This document shows, piece after piece, positions 49,419 through 63,758 of a stretch of DNA of 64,000 nt. Numbering within the stretch: the stretch's first letter is position 1; every line of letters starts with the position of its first letter. The notes beneath the pieces were generated by a model. That model was not told the DNA's origin, ran no database searches, and saw only the letters and a program-made list of their open reading frames with translations. Source of the stretch: Octopus bimaculoides (taxonomy: Eukaryota); assembly GCF_001194135.2 (NCBI RefSeq), contig NC_068998.1, positions 30,129,334 through 30,193,333 on the forward strand, given 5' to 3'. The translations under genes were made by a program, and so were the position numbers.

Positions 49419-50164
49419 CTGTGTAGAACAATAAAAGGCGATTTTAGTTAGAATGTGGTGAGTATTTACAAAACATGTGTATGTACATGTGCATTAACAT
49501 TTTCTTTTTTTTTTGCAGTACAGTTAGTAGAATTGGCTCAGTATATTAGTGGCTCTTATTAAACAATCTTAAGAAGTTAAAAAGAAAACTTGATCCTAGT
49601 GGAATTAGAATGAAACTGAGAATAATAAGGAACTAAAGCAAATAGAGTAAAGCATCCAACCCAGAATTCTACAGTTCTCCATACAAGAGGAAATGATAAC
49701 TAAAATATTAAGTATCTTACAAGTAGCCACTGATATATGTTAATATTTGATCAAAATGCAGAAAATATTTGAATAATAATTATGGATCTATAAAGTGTAA
49801 CATAAAATATGGGCAGCAAATTTCTCTAACCAGTTTTGTTTTTTATGGTTAAAAAGGTTTATTTTGTATTTTTGATTTCCATGATGAATTTTTCTTTTTT
49901 GGGAACAATTTTTAATTTTTTTTATTTTATAAGTGTTGCAGTATGTCTGATTTTGCTGCAATATGTGTTAGATTTATAGAATGAATCTGCTGGTTACTAC
50001 TATTTTTTATTTCTGAACAGTAACTTTAATAGTGATATAAGTATTTGCTGTAAAGAAGATTTTGTAAAGTTCTACTGGCATAGGAAGTGCACTTCCCATA
50101 TATATATAATGCAGGAAACATTACCTGTTTAATGTTCCCTGCATTGCCCTTTCTGTGCACACAC

Positions 50165-50165
<1 letters not shown>

Positions 50166-50225
<60 letters not shown>

Positions 50226-50638
50226 NNNNNNNNNNNNNNNNNNNNNNNNNNNNNNNNNNNNNNNNNNNNNNNNNNNNNNNNNNNNNNNNNNNNNNNNNNN
50301 NNNNNNNNNNNNNNNNNNNNNNNNNNNNNNNNNNNNNNNNNNNNNNNNNNNNNNNNNNNNNNNNNNNNNNNNNNNNNNNNNNNNNNNNNNNNNNNNNNNN
50401 NNNNNNNNNNNNNNNNNNNNNNNNNNNNNNNNNNNNNNNNNNNNNNNNNNNNNNNNNNNNNNNNNNNNNNNNNNNNNNNNNNNNNNNNNNNNNNNNNNNN
50501 NNNNNNNNNNNNNNNNNNNNNNNNNNNNNNNNNNNNNNNNNNNNNNNNNNNNNNNNNNNNNNNNNNNNNNNNNNNNNNNNNNNNNNNNNNNNNNNNNNNN
50601 NNNNNNNNNNNNNNNNNNNNNNNNNNNNNNNNNNNNNN

Positions 50639-50678
<40 letters not shown>

Positions 50679-50700
50679 GTGCGTGCATGTGTGTGTGTGT
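50166..50700. repeat. (GA)n and (GT)n microsatellites flanking an assembly gap
   Basis: Directly visible. Confidence 0.95.
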
Positions 50701-51879
50701 TACTTTAATAAGGAAAAGCTTGACACCAACTTCCAAATGTCAGCTCAGTTGCCTTCATCAGATTGTTGTAAAGTGTTTTTGTTTTAACAATCACACATAT
50801 TACTTGGTTCATCTTGTGGGCTGGGCATAGTTAGTAGCTACAAATTACATGTGGTTAATTAGTGTATTCTTGTGGTATACAGACAAACCTTTTAATAGGG
50901 TGAACAATTAAGGAGAAGAACAAGAAGAGGAAAGAGAAAGTGAATATGTGAAAAGGAAGAATATAATAAGACAGTGTTCTAGTCAGGCAGGTATCTTTGT
51001 TTTGCTCACGTTAGATACAAACATTTATCTAAATTATCATATTTCGCATAGAAAATTAATGATTGGTTTTTACACAATCATTTGGGATCATTCAAGCATG
51101 TATGTAGACAATGGTGTAAGAGGTTAAATTTGTTTGGGAGCACTGATCAAAAACAAGTTCTATAGTTTCATTTGAAAGGTTGTAGCCATGAATATCTGCA
51201 ACTCTACATATACACACATACAAATATGTGTGGGTGTGTGAGAGAGAGTGTGGGTGTGTGAGAGAGTGAGAGTGTGTGTGTGTGTGTGTGTGTGTGAGTG
51301 TGTGTGTATGTATGTATGTACATATATACATATATAAGCATATATGTATACACACATGTGCACATATACAAAAACACATGCACACACTCAAGATCTGGAA
51401 ACTAAGGACCTTAAAGTTAATTTAGCAAAGACTGAAGTCCTAGTAAGTAGGAAAACAGACAAATCCCAAATCTCTTCAAGGAGATGGCCCTGCTCAATAT
51501 ATAAGAAGGATTTTGGTAGAAACTCCATACAGTGTACCCAGTGCAAGCTTTGAATACATAAGAGGTGCAGTGCAGTGGTAAAGGGTGACTTGAAAACCAA
51601 GGCATGCAGTCTGTAATGCAGCCAACCACCAAGGCAGAGAGTGGGGCAGTGGAGTCTTACTCTTCTCACCCCAGAAAAGGATCTCCCCCCCACCCATCCA
51701 TGAGTGTGATATGAACTAATTTTAATGTGAGAAAATGTACTTCTACAAACATGCCATGTTTCGGGCTTGATATCCCTCTCCACTGGACTTGATGGGCCCC
51801 CATTAGCTTGCCATGATGACCGTTACTGATGAAAGAGAAATCTGAGAAAATAATAGAACCTACAAATACTGAGCCATTT

Positions 51880-53330
51880 AAAATTTATTTGCAAATCAGT
51901 TCAGTTCTGTTCGTTTTGGCAAATTCATCCATCACTTTGCTATAAAATGTACCAGCGGCACACTCTAACTTCATCTTCTTCAAAAGGTCTTTTATTCATG
52001 GAAATGAAAACTAAATTACTCGTTCTCTCTTTACTTTGAGAACACTTCATATAGTTATCTATTTGCTTTATTAAAGAAAGCGCTTTCAAAGAAGAAGCAA
52101 ATGTGGCAAGTATTGTCAAAATTAGATGTAGTAATTTTGTTACTTCAGCCAAAGCTTGATTTAGTTTAAGCTCCTGTATTACTTGTCTTGTGAAATCAGC
52201 AGCATAAATTGATTTCAGCTTGCATTTCAATCCATCTAAATCCAATACGCTTTTATAGACATCCAAAAATGAAAATGCTTTCCTTAAGTATGAAAAAGTT
52301 TCAGATTCAATAGTTCAACAAATCTGAACTCAAAGATTTAAAACAATGGTGTTTTAAAACTTTGCTCAATGTGAACAATAACTTCATGCAAAATGTTGTT
52401 AAACAAAGTTCTTAGAAAGAGCTCTGGTTGATTTAGCACTTGCTTAACTGGAGAAAAGGGCACAAATCTCAAGGAAACTTGATATGATGTTCTAACTGGT
52501 AATCTGATTCCAGCAAACTAATTGGTTAATATACAGAGCGTTAAATTAAGATAGCATGCCCCAACTGTGGCTCACTCATAATAGTGAATTGATAATTCAA
52601 TGGAAAGAGTTCAGATCTTAGAGTTACAATATCAAGAATAATAAGTTTGAAGAATTTTTCTTCTGAGTTCTGGATGTTGTCGCTGAACCACCAAAGAAGC
52701 ATGGTCAACATCAAAAATCAGAAGCTTTTTCTAAGAACTTTGTTTAACAACATTTTGCATGAAGTTACTGTTTACATTGAGCACACCGTTGTTTTAAATA
52801 TTTGAGTTCAGATTTGTTGAACAATTGAATCCAAAGCTTTTTCATTGTATTCCACTGCTACTTTACATATAGCCAGAATATTATCTTCGTTGTTTGATTC
52901 TTCTGCTTCATTGTGTCCTCCAAATGGTAATTCTTGACAAGCCAAATTTCAATACAATGAATTAAACTTTTCAATATATCATGATTTTTCTCCATTAATC
53001 TATTATGGAACTGAATTGAAGCTGCTTTCCAGAGATCAATTGTTGTATCAATTTGTTGTTAGCCAATGTTTGTCAGACTAATTACGGAATTCAGGTGGTT
53101 CTGAGATTTTAGGTGCTTTGGCAAAGCTGTAATCAAATTGTGCAAACTGCAGTTGCCCATGTGTTTTTATGTTGACAAAATAACAGACATGGGAAACAGA
53201 ACAATTTGTGCAGAATGGGATATCTCATCATCCAATCATACTATTCAGAATACTTGGAACTGAAATAATGATGACATTTCTTGCTGCCCAATTTGATTTT
53301 AATTTTTCATTTCAAGCCTTGGTTTCCAAG
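51880..53330 (-). mobile_element. hAT transposase relic (dimerization domain)
   Basis: ORF 51940-52266 EVTKLLHLILTILATFASS...IDNYMKCSQSKERTSNLVFIS resembles the hAT C-terminal dimerization motif. Confidence 0.65.
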
Positions 53331-53439
53331 TGTGAACTAGTCAAGAAGAAAATTCTGGGTAGTGGTCACATGACTTAATTCAGGTCAGGTCTTAAGAAAG
53401 GGTCAAGAATTCACTCCATGGGTTAAATCTTTTTAAAAA

Positions 53440-53595
53440 GCAGGCATGGTTGTGTGGTAAAAAGCTTGCTTCCCCACTACATGGTTCTGGGTTTAGTCCC
53501 ATTGCATGGCACCTTGGGCACGTGTCTTCTACAATAGCTTTGGGCCAACTAAAGCACTGTGAGTGGATTTGGTAGACAGAAACTGAAACAAGCCC

Positions 53596-53600
<5 letters not shown>
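53440..53600 (+). mobile_element. tRNA-derived SINE with (CA)n tail
   Basis: ggcatggttgtgtggtaaaaagcttgc...ggtttagtcccattgcatggcaccttgggca. Confidence 0.8.
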
Positions 53601-53635
<35 letters not shown>

Positions 53636-55514
53636 ATTTTAGTGAAAGAACATACAAACCTTACCCTAAACCTAATACTAACTTAAGATACATTAATAAA
53701 AACAGCAATCATCCTAGAAGTATAACCCAGAAAATAGTTGAAAATGTGTCTGCATATATTTCAAACCTATCAACAAATGAAGAAATATTTAAGAGAAATG
53801 AAGACTATTGCAACCTAACACTGAGTAGGGCTGGATAGAGAGAAAAATTAAGATTTAACCAAAAAACATAGATATTGGTAGTGAGAATATCAAGAAAAAT
53901 AATTTAAAATCCAATAATAATATTAATAGTAATGATAATAGTAATATTTACGACTATATGGAATTAGAAATAGTAGATAGCAAAGACAAGAATGGCAATG
54001 ATGCTAATAAGTACAAGAAATCCTATTAATAAAAAACTTTTGCATAAAGTTCTCCAATGGAACTAATAATAAATATGTAAACTTGCCTATCAAAAAAAAA
54101 AAAAATAAATAAAATAAATAATAAAAATAATAGATGGAGAATATGGTGAAAAACAGACAAAATATGCAAACCAGAGGCATAAGAAATACACCCCTGGTAT
54201 GAATAATAATAATAATTTCTCTAAAAATAAACTAAATGATAATACAGAACAGTTCATTATTCCCTTTGGTAAAAAAATTAGCTCTAAGATTCCGAAATTA
54301 TTCTATTCAGCTGTTAAAAAACATTTTCCTAAATATAGCAGGTACTTTAGAATTTTCAACTCACATAGGATAAGACTTGCTTTTTCAAACACTAAAAACA
54401 TAGCACAAATTATTGCAGCACAAAATGTGAAGAGATTAAATTATTTCTACAAGAAGGAGATTAACTATAATCAAAATTTAATATTTAATATTTAATAGTA
54501 ACAAAATTAGTGTGGTTGATGAAAGCAACATGAAGAAAAATAAATTTAAAAAAGGAAAATAGTGCAAGGGAAACTACTAATAAAAACCCTATGAAGAGAT
54601 CTGAGCAGATAACCACATACACTAGAAAGAGCAGCAATGAGAGAGTAATTATTCAAAGCAGAGATAGTAAGCAAATGCATAGCAACAGAAAAATTAATGA
54701 TAGAGATGTAGTGAGTACTAACTCAAACAATATAATGGAAAGTGATATGCAAAATTTTGATGATCAAAATGGAATAATTAAATTAGAACATAAAAAGAAC
54801 AAACATAAAATATAAATAACCAAGTAGAAAATGGAGATAAAGAAAGTAGAATTAGAGATAAGAAATGTGATTGTGCAACAAATAAATTATGCCCATTAGA
54901 ATCTAACTGCAAAATTAAAGAAACAGTGTACAGGTGTAAGATAAGTTCAGGGGGACATGTATATTTCTACATTGATGCTAGTGAGACCTTTATTAAACAC
55001 AGAATAGCTAATCATTAACTTTTGTTTAGGGATAGAAGGAAAATAATATGAGTTTAAGTAAATTAATTTGGGTGATAAAATATAATAATAAAGTATATAC
55101 AATAAGCTGGGAGATAATTAGTTGAGCCAAACCATATAGTAGAGGAAGCAAATGTTACGAACTGTGTGTAGAAGAACTTTACCATATTCTTACATCAAAA
55201 TGTAAATTAATTAACCACAGATAAGAAAGCGCATTAAAATGTGTTCATCAGTTGAAGTATACATTTAACAGATTTAAATAATTGTATATGTCCTACTTCA
55301 ATTATAATTAGAATTACGCAAACCATTACTAATAAAGAACCCAAATAAACCAAAACTCATACATAAATTAAGGTTAATTGTAAAGAGTTGAAAACGAAGT
55401 CTAAGTCAAACAAAATTAACTACAAGAAAAATATTAGATTAATTTTAGAATTAGCAAAAAATTATAGACCCATAGCCTATTAATACTACTACTAATAATA
55501 ATCATTTTTACTAT

Positions 55515-55697
55515 AGGCATAAGGTCTGGAATTTGTGGGGAGTGGGATAATCGATTACATTGACCCCAGTTTGTCATTGACCCAAAAGGATGAAAAGCAA
55601 AGTCGACCATGGCAGAATTTGAACTCAGAACGTAGCTGCAGACAAAGTACCACAAAGCATTTCACCCGGCATACTAACAATTCTGCTACTCACTGCC
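55515..55697 (-). mobile_element. SINE
   Basis: Reverse complement of the 18461-family core. Confidence 0.75.
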
Positions 55698-55721
55698 TTA
55701 ATAATAATAATAATAATAATA

Positions 55722-56087
55722 AACAAGAGCACTCAGAAAGTGCAAACCTCCACCGAGGCAGCACCAATGTTCTCTCAATGTAATAATTTAGCCAGAGATT
55801 ATTTTTAAAATGAAAATATTTTAAATAAAACTCAACTGCTCTCACAAATGAGAATACTAAAAATGAACCCAACTGCTCTCAAAATTAAGTAAAAAACAGG
55901 AAAAAAAATCCAGAATCCTTGTTTGGTACCAGATTGATCTCAAAATCTAATCAGTTCGTGCAAGTCACGAGGTCAAATATCCCTGAAAATTTCATCCAAA
56001 TCCATCCAGTGGTTCTTGCGATATCTTGTCCATCGACAAACAAACACGGCTGAAAACAATACCTTCACCTTCACTAAGGCAGAGGTA
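55722..56087 (+). mobile_element. Non-autonomous Helentron/HINE-like element
   Basis: 5' aaacaagagcactcag...acctccaccgaggc with a subterminal inverted repeat; 3' stem-loop acct...aaggcagaggtaa; lies within A/T-rich tracts. Confidence 0.6.
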
Positions 56088-57406
56088 ATAATAATAACAT
56101 CAACAGACTTAGAAGTAACTTGATACATTGAAAAATTAAAAAAACTATTCTACACTGACAGAATGGTGAGGTAGAATAAAGACTAGAATCTTAAAACATT
56201 TGCGAGTATTGACCTAATTTAAGGACAGTAGAAAGCATTCATTATACTGGCTACCAGCTTACTGAATAGGTTAAAATTTCATAAAAAATATATGCGTCTA
56301 TTTTTAGTAACACTAACGCCAAACAAAGGAAGGATTTTGGTTGTGCTTATACTATACTTAGATATCTAATTATCAATTAATTCGAAGCAGCACCAATACC
56401 TAACGCCAAGTTGCACATTTTGCAGTGTGCACTGGGTTGCAGTAGAAACGTGCATAGGCCCTGATAAAGAAAGATGTGATTAACTGTAAAGTAAAACTTG
56501 GATGTGTTAAATCTCTGTTTTGATATACATATATATATTGGTGCTAGTATTAATATTATTGCTAGTCCAATTAGTAGTTGAAGCATATGTATTATTAGTA
56601 GTAGTGGCTATAATTAGTATTGTTAGTATCAGTGTGCCTATTAGTGTTTGCATCGGTTTCAGGTGTGCGCCCATTACCCTCAGAGGTAGGGATTATATTA
56701 TGTGTGTTTAAGTTGTTTAAAGTGATCGGGCCAGGGGTATTAGATATATTATCTACCTCTCTTTCTATTCATTTTCTTTTCTTTCCTTTTACCACTTAAT
56801 AGCCACCTCTGCTACCATTCTGTTATTGAATGTTATGTTCATGTCTTTTTTCTCTGGATGTCTACTACATCAGGATTTCAACCCACATGGATCTACACAG
56901 GACTACGCTCTTCAGAAAGTTGAACTATGAACTTTTATGCTTCTTTTTTCTTTCCATCTCCTTATTCTTTTACTCCCTTCCTTTATGCTGTCATCTCATT
57001 AACACATACCATTCTCATTTTCCCTATTTGTCTCTGATGACAGAATATCCCATATTCAGGGATATCCCAGAAACAGCTGTAAGACTTTGAATTTTTCCAA
57101 TAATAATATTGTGTATGNNNNNNNNNNNNNNNNNNNNNNNNNNNNNNNNNNNNNNNNNNNNNNNNNNNNNNNNNNNNNNNNNNNNNNNNNNNNNNNNNNN
57201 NNNNNNNNNNNNNNNNNNNNNNNNNNNNNNNNNNNNNNNNNNNNNNNNNNNNNNNNNNNNNNNNNNNNNNNNNNNNNNNNNNNNNNNNNNNNNNNNNNNN
57301 NNNNNNNNNNNNNNNNNNNNNNNNNNNNNNNNNNNNNNNNNNNNNNNNNNNNNNNNNNNNNNNNNNNNNNNNNNNNNNNNNNNNNNNNNNNNNNNNNNNN
57401 NNNNNN

Positions 57407-57465
<59 letters not shown>

Positions 57466-58199
57466 CACACACACATACAGACAGGCATATAGATAGACAC
57501 GTAATTAATGGGAGAGACAGAAGATAGAAGATATGAGAATATTTATTGATCACTACAATCATTCTGACCCATCTAAGGATAATGTACATCTGGTTTAGGT
57601 GTATCCCTCGGTGTAGATATTTTCCTCAAGTGATTTCAAGAGGCATCTTGTTAAAATAAACTCTGTTTCACATAGCTTATTTCTGAATGTTTTCACCCTG
57701 ATCTTCATGTAGAAATGGGAAATTAAGGGATACTGCTTCATTCTTATAGAAGATTCATAACAAACATGAGATACAAAAAGAAACAAATACACAATACAGT
57801 GAAAATATTTATTACATATAGCCATTAATAGATATGGATGTACAAACACACACGTGGTCTGGTGCATGTACACTCACTCGTTTGAACATACATGCACACA
57901 CATGTGTGGTCTGGCGCACATATGCTCACACGCACAATTAAGTAGGTATTAATAAAGTTGGCGTCTATATCTGGCCAGTGATGTGATACCGCTTGGTGAG
58001 GAGTCAAAGATTCTGTGATGGGCTTCACTGAGTATGGCTGGCATACTTGTAGCACTTGTACACTCATAAATACAGATATAAATATTGACATACACTCATA
58101 CATACTCACATGGACATATGCACACATTTGAGGGTCTATCATTATGTATACATATGCACATACATATTTATACAGTCTTGTATGTATATGTATATGTAC

Positions 58200-59980
58200 A
58201 TCATCATCATTGTTTAACGTCCGTTTTTCAGGCTGGCATGGGTTAGACGATTTGACTGAGGACAGGCAAACCAGTAGGCTGCACCAGGCTCCAATCTGAT
58301 CCGGCAAGATTTCTATAGCTGGACACTCTTCCAAACGCCAGCCATTCCAAGAGTGTAGTGGGTGCTTTTTACGTGTCACTGGCACAGGAGCTAGTCGGGG
58401 GACACTGGCATCGACCACATTCAGAATGTGCTTTTTATGTGCCACCACAGCACAGGGAACCAGTCAGGGGGCACTGGCATGAGTCACGACTATGATTTCA
58501 CTTGACTCAACAGGTCTTCTCAAGCACAGTGTGTCTCTCGGTGATTCAAAGGTACTTTTAAATGGGCTGGTTATGCGACACTGGTATCAGCCACAGCTGC
58601 GATCTCACTTTACTTGCTGGGTCTTTTCAATCAGCATATCTCCAAAGGTCTCGGTCTCTTGTCACTGCCTCTGTGAGGCCCAATGTTCGAAGGGTGTGCT
58701 TCACCACCTCATCCCATGTCTTCCTGGGTTTACCTCTTCCACAGGTTCCTTCCACTTTTAGGGTGTGACACTTCTTCACACAGCTGTCCTCATCCATACG
58801 CAGCACATGACCATACCAGTGCAGTTATCTCTCTTGCACACCACACCTGATACTTCTTATGTCCAACTTTTTTCTCAGGGTGCTTACACTCTGTCGCACA
58901 TGCACACCGACATTACACATCCAGCAGAGCATACTAGCTTCATTTCTTTCAAGCTTACACATGTCCTCAGCAGTCATGGCCCATGTTTCACTGCTGTGTA
59001 GCATGGCTGTTCACACACATGCATCATACAGTCTACCTTTTACTCTGAGGGAGAGGCCCTTTGTTACCACCAGAGGAAGGAGCTTTATAAACTTTGCCCA
59101 GGCTATTCTTATTCTAGCGGCTATGCTCTCAGAGCATCTACCCCCACTGCAGACTTGGTCACCTAGGTAGCGGAAGCTATTAACTACTTCTAGTTTCCCC
59201 CACTGCCATGCAATGGAATCTGTTTTCTGTATATTTTTGGTGTTTATTACTCCTGTGCATCTGCCACACACAAAAGCTATTTTCCTTGTTAAACTTCCTC
59301 TGATATTGCTGCACCTCTTATGTGTCCATAGCTTACACCAGATACATCTTATGGAGTTCCTACCTAATGCTTTTCTATAAATTGCGCAGGTTCATCTATC
59401 TGAGGGGATTTGTGATTTGTCTGCCTTCCTACTTACTAAGACTTAGGTTTTTGCTAGGTTAACTCTAAGGCCCTTTGATTCTAGACCTTGCTTCCACACC
59501 TGAAACTTTTNNNNNNNNNNCTAGGTTAACTCTAAGGCCCTTTGATTCTAGACCTTGCTTCCACACCTGAAACTTTTCTAGTTCTGGTAGTTATTCAGCT
59601 ATAAGAACAAGGTCATCAGTATAGAAGTGCCGAGGACTGATACTTGGTGAACCCCTACTTCAACCCAGAATTCCTCACTATACTCATTGCCAACCCTCAC
59701 CTTACTGACAGCATCCCTGTACATGGCTCTTACCAACCACTCATCTATCCCTAGTTTCTGCATTGACCACCAGATAAGGGATCAGGTGACTCTGTCAAAA
59801 GCTTTTTCCAAGTCAACAAAAGCCAAGTACAGAGGTTTATCTTTGACTAGGTATTTCTCCTGTAGTTGTCTTACCAGAAATATAGTATCAGTGGTGCTTC
59901 TATCTGGCAAAAAACCAAACTGCAACTCATCTAGGTTAACTCCCTCCCTAATTAATTGGGCTATGATTTTCATTACCTAA
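58200..59980 (-). mobile_element. RTE-like LINE 3' part (PHD-finger family)
   Basis: LQFGFLPDRSTTDTIF...KAFDRV, CGRCTG, FRYLG, 3' UTR repeats and (GAT)n tail. Confidence 0.88.
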
Positions 59981-60021
59981 TCCAGCATGGATATGTAAGT
60001 AGAAAGCTCTGTGATGATGAT

Positions 60022-60590
60022 GATGATCATCATCATCATCGTTTAACGTCCGCTTTCCATGCTAGCATGGGTTGGACGATTTGACTGAGGACTGGTGAAA
60101 CCAGATGGCTACACCAGGCTCCAATCTGATTTGGCAGAGTTTCTACAGCTGGATGCCCTTCCTAACGCCAACCACTCCGAGAGTGTAGTGGGTGCTTTTA
60201 TGTGCCACCCGCACGAAGGCCAGTCAGGCGGTACTGGCAACAGCCACGCTCAAAATGGTGTATTTTATGTGCCACCCGCACAAGAGCCAGTCCAGGGGCA
60301 CTGGCAACGGTTTCGCTCGAAACTCCTTACACATGCCACGGGCACAAGTGCCAGAAAGGCGACGCTGGGCACAGGTGCCATCCCGATTTCGCTTTCCCCA
60401 ATAAGTCTTCGCAAGTTGAGTTTCGTGTCCAATGAAGAAGACGACGTTGGCATGGGTGCCAGTTGTCGAATTTAGTTCGGTTTTGATTTCACTTGCCTCA
60501 ACAGGTCTTCGCAAGCAGAGTTTAGTGTCCAAAGAAGGAAAGGTACGCATAAGTGGGCTGGCTACACCCCTGGCAGAGGCCTTCAAAGCA
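60022..60590 (-). mobile_element. RTE-like 3' UTR copy
   Basis: Family tail with repeat units and (GAT)n; CpG-rich, so probably younger. Confidence 0.8.
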
Positions 60591-61325
60591 GTTTACCATG
60601 AATGAATAGCCGGATTACTACCTCCCACTTTGAAGGGTATGCGTTTGCGATCCAGGAACAGGAAATATCAACAGAGTACCTGATGCACAAAAGGGATAGA
60701 GATGCAGGAAAAGCCATAAAATGTGACAACTGATGCAGACTTTGTGGAGTTCACACTGAAGATATCACCTACATCATAAGCAGTTGTCTGCCAATGTCAT
60801 CATGGTATTATCTACCAATGAGACATGATGTTGTAGCTAGGACACCCTGTAATGAAATCAGAAGGATAACCCCAAGAACAAAGAAATGAAAACCCATAAT
60901 ATGGTAAAAGCCATAGCCACTCATAATGAAAAGGAATACTAGTGGAATGTACCAGTGAAGACCTCAATAAAATGTAAGCAAAACAAACCTGATATAATGA
61001 TTTGAGATAGAGAAGAGAAACTCTGCACAGTTGTGGAAATTAGCTGCCCAGCGGATGATAACATAAAGCTAAAGATCAATGAAAAAGAGAACACCTATGC
61101 TGAACTATTGAGAAATCTGCAGTTACTCTATCCAGATTACAAGTTCAGGTTTATACCTGTAACTATTGGGTATGCCCTTGGGTATGTAACACACTGCTTA
61201 AATACCAATGTTGAGAAATTAGGCTTTTCAAAACCAGAAAGGAGAAAGCTAATTCGAAGATTACAGATCTCATCCATCACAGGAACTATAAAAATCTGTA
61301 AAACTTTCCAGAAGTTTATCATTTA
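60590..61325 (+). mobile_element. RLE LINE 3' fragment (CCHC + PD-(D/E)xK)
   Basis: CRLCG...HIISSC...RHDVVA codons near 60735-60835; KPDI...VEISCPADDN...YAELL. Confidence 0.8.
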
Positions 61326-61419
61326 AATATATGTCTACATATGCAACTATATGCATCCATCCATCCATACATACATACATTATATTTGAAAAAAATTAAT
61401 TGAAATGGCTTTTCTGATA

Positions 61420-62490
61420 ATTTTTCCACTTCTATGGATACACAAGAGGTACAGTGGATTAATAGGAAGGTTATCAGAAAAGATAGTTTTCATATGTGGA
61501 AGATGCACAGGATCCATAAAAGCTTTAGAGACTCAGGAAATTGATTCTCTCAAATGCCCTGGTGGCACATTAGCAGTAGTAGATAATTTCTGCTACCTAG
61601 GGACCAAATTAGTAGTGGAAGAGGATGCATGGAGATTGTGATGGCTAGAATAAGACTAAGATGGAGGAAATTCAAAGAGCTGTTACCTCTGTTGGCCACA
61701 AAAGGTGTGTCTCTCTGAGTAAAAGGAAGATTGTAGGATACATGTATACAGACAGCAATTCTACATGGTAGTGAGACATGGGCTCTGAATGTAGAGGACA
61801 TGCGAAAGTTGCAAGAGAGAAGATTGTGCTAGTTTGGTCATGTGATGCGAATGGGTGCTGACAGCTCTAGAAAGAAGTGCCGATCTCTCAAAGTGGATGG
61901 AATATGTGGAAGTGAGCAAGTCAGGAAGACATGGGATGAAGTATTGAAGAACAGCCTCAGAACGCTGAACCTTTCAGGTGAGATGACAAAAGACAAAAGA
62001 TGCCTGGCACCTTGCCATAGTCATGAAGACCTGTACTCCACAAAAGTGATCACAAAAGTGTTAAAAGTGATCCTTATGGTGATGGAAAGCACTTGTGGCA
62101 GTGCCACATAAAAGTGCCCTTGCAATGCTGTGTAAAAGTTCCTGTGCAATAACATGTAAAAACGCCTAGGTGACACTACGTATAAGCACCCGTGTGGTGT
62201 CACGTAAAAGTGTCCATGCAACAACAAGTAAAAGTGCCCGTGTGATGCTACATAAAAGCGTCTAAGTGATGTCACATAAAAGCACACATGTGGCATCACA
62301 AAATAGCACCTGTGCAATGCCACGTAAAAGCACCCAGCACACTCTATAAAGTGGTTGGTGTTAGGAAGGGCATCCAACCATAAAAACCATGCCAAATCAG
62401 ACTGGAATCTGGTGCAGCTCCCCAGCTAGCAATCTGCTGTCAAACCATCGAACCCATGCCAGCATGGAAAATGGATGTTAAACGATGATG
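61420..62490 (+). mobile_element. RTE-like LINE 3' fragment with a 22-bp minisatellite
   Basis: FICGRCTG, FCYLG, ILHGSETW; about 11 units of ~22 bp at 62090-62340; family tail. Confidence 0.8.
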
Positions 62491-62599
62491 ATATATACTT
62501 TTATTAAAGCTGCAAAATCTTCACAAAACTGTTACTCAGAGTTGTACATTCCCATTCGTCATAGACAGTTGTGATGAATACTCTGTGTGTGTGTGGGGG

Positions 62600-62630
<31 letters not shown>

Positions 62631-63689
62631 ATATATATTTNNNNNNNNNNTCTCGAAGAATAAACTGGTGAACACGTTCATTGAAAATGCATACAGATGT
62701 AAACATTGGCAGCCCCACGTATTTTCTTCTTATAGATAAACCATACTAATTTATATAACGTAGACGACTCAGCTATTCATCTATTAGTTTCTCAAATAAT
62801 TCAAGTGATACAAGCTAATTATACCTTTATATGTATAAAGGTATGGTAGACTTGTTTCGCATGATATATGTTATCTCAACACTCTCCATTTTTTAAACCC
62901 AAATTAGGACACCCAGAACATCTATAAACATGTACTCAAACATTACTTTCAGTTCAACTTAACATAAACATTACTTCCAACGATGTTCAATATGTTGTGC
63001 TCCAATAACCTTATTCCTTTGATTTCATGGCTCTTTCGTACATCCATATCATTCATTTACTGCTTTCACTTTCTTCAGCAAAGATAGGAGTTATTTATCC
63101 TGTTTTAGGATATATTAGTGGCATTATTCTGTGTCTAACAATTTTATTTGTCTTCTTTAACTTTCTTAGACATATCCAAGATTCTGAAAGCAATCTTACT
63201 TCATTTGTTTACATTCATCGTAAGATGAATTCAAAACATAAATATTTTCTTCTCTCTACTTTATGACATATAAAATACTGCACCACATGAAATTTTATTT
63301 TATCTATTGGAAAACCCTTGCACCAACAAATATAGAACGTGATTATCGAAGTAAACTTTAGTAATAATATTAACTTAGTTTATACAAATAATTTTTACTC
63401 CTTTAACCCCATTTTTTTTGCCCCCTCTAATTTCCATCTAACTTAACAACACAATCTATCTCTTTAGAATAATAGACCACCCATCACCTTTATAAATTGT
63501 CAATCAATTAATATCTTACTAGTTAATATAAGCATCATTTTCCTATACATATAGCACTGCTTTAATATTCATCAACACACGACTACCGTGTGTATATGCG
63601 TACAAATATATGTATATGCATGTATGTGTCTATGTATATGTATGTGTATGTGTGTGCATGTTTGTGTATGTATATATATATATGTACAC

Positions 63690-63736
<47 letters not shown>

Positions 63737-63758
63737 ATCATAAATATATAGGGATTGA

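Larger units (their letters stand above)
53650..57090 (+). mobile_element. Second PLE family relic (thumb, linker, Cys-rich GIY-YIG EN, 3' UTR with hammerhead motif)
   Basis: KPYxKPNTNLRYINKNSNHP (53655-53720); KHFPKYSRYFRIFN (54320-54365); CDCATNKLCPLESNC...VYRC...FYI...R..NH (54863-55015); CYELCVEE. Interrupted by a SINE and a Helentron-type element. Assigning 56100-57090 to this element is inference. Confidence 0.7.

Noticed and set aside
59451-59580. 60-bp duplication around the 10-N gap
   Set aside because: Same contig-overlap artefact.
63027-63266. Hydrophobic 79-aa ORF as a small membrane protein
   Set aside because: AT-rich composition explains the hydrophobicity, there is no splice or homology support, and the opposite strand may be a decayed PLE fragment.
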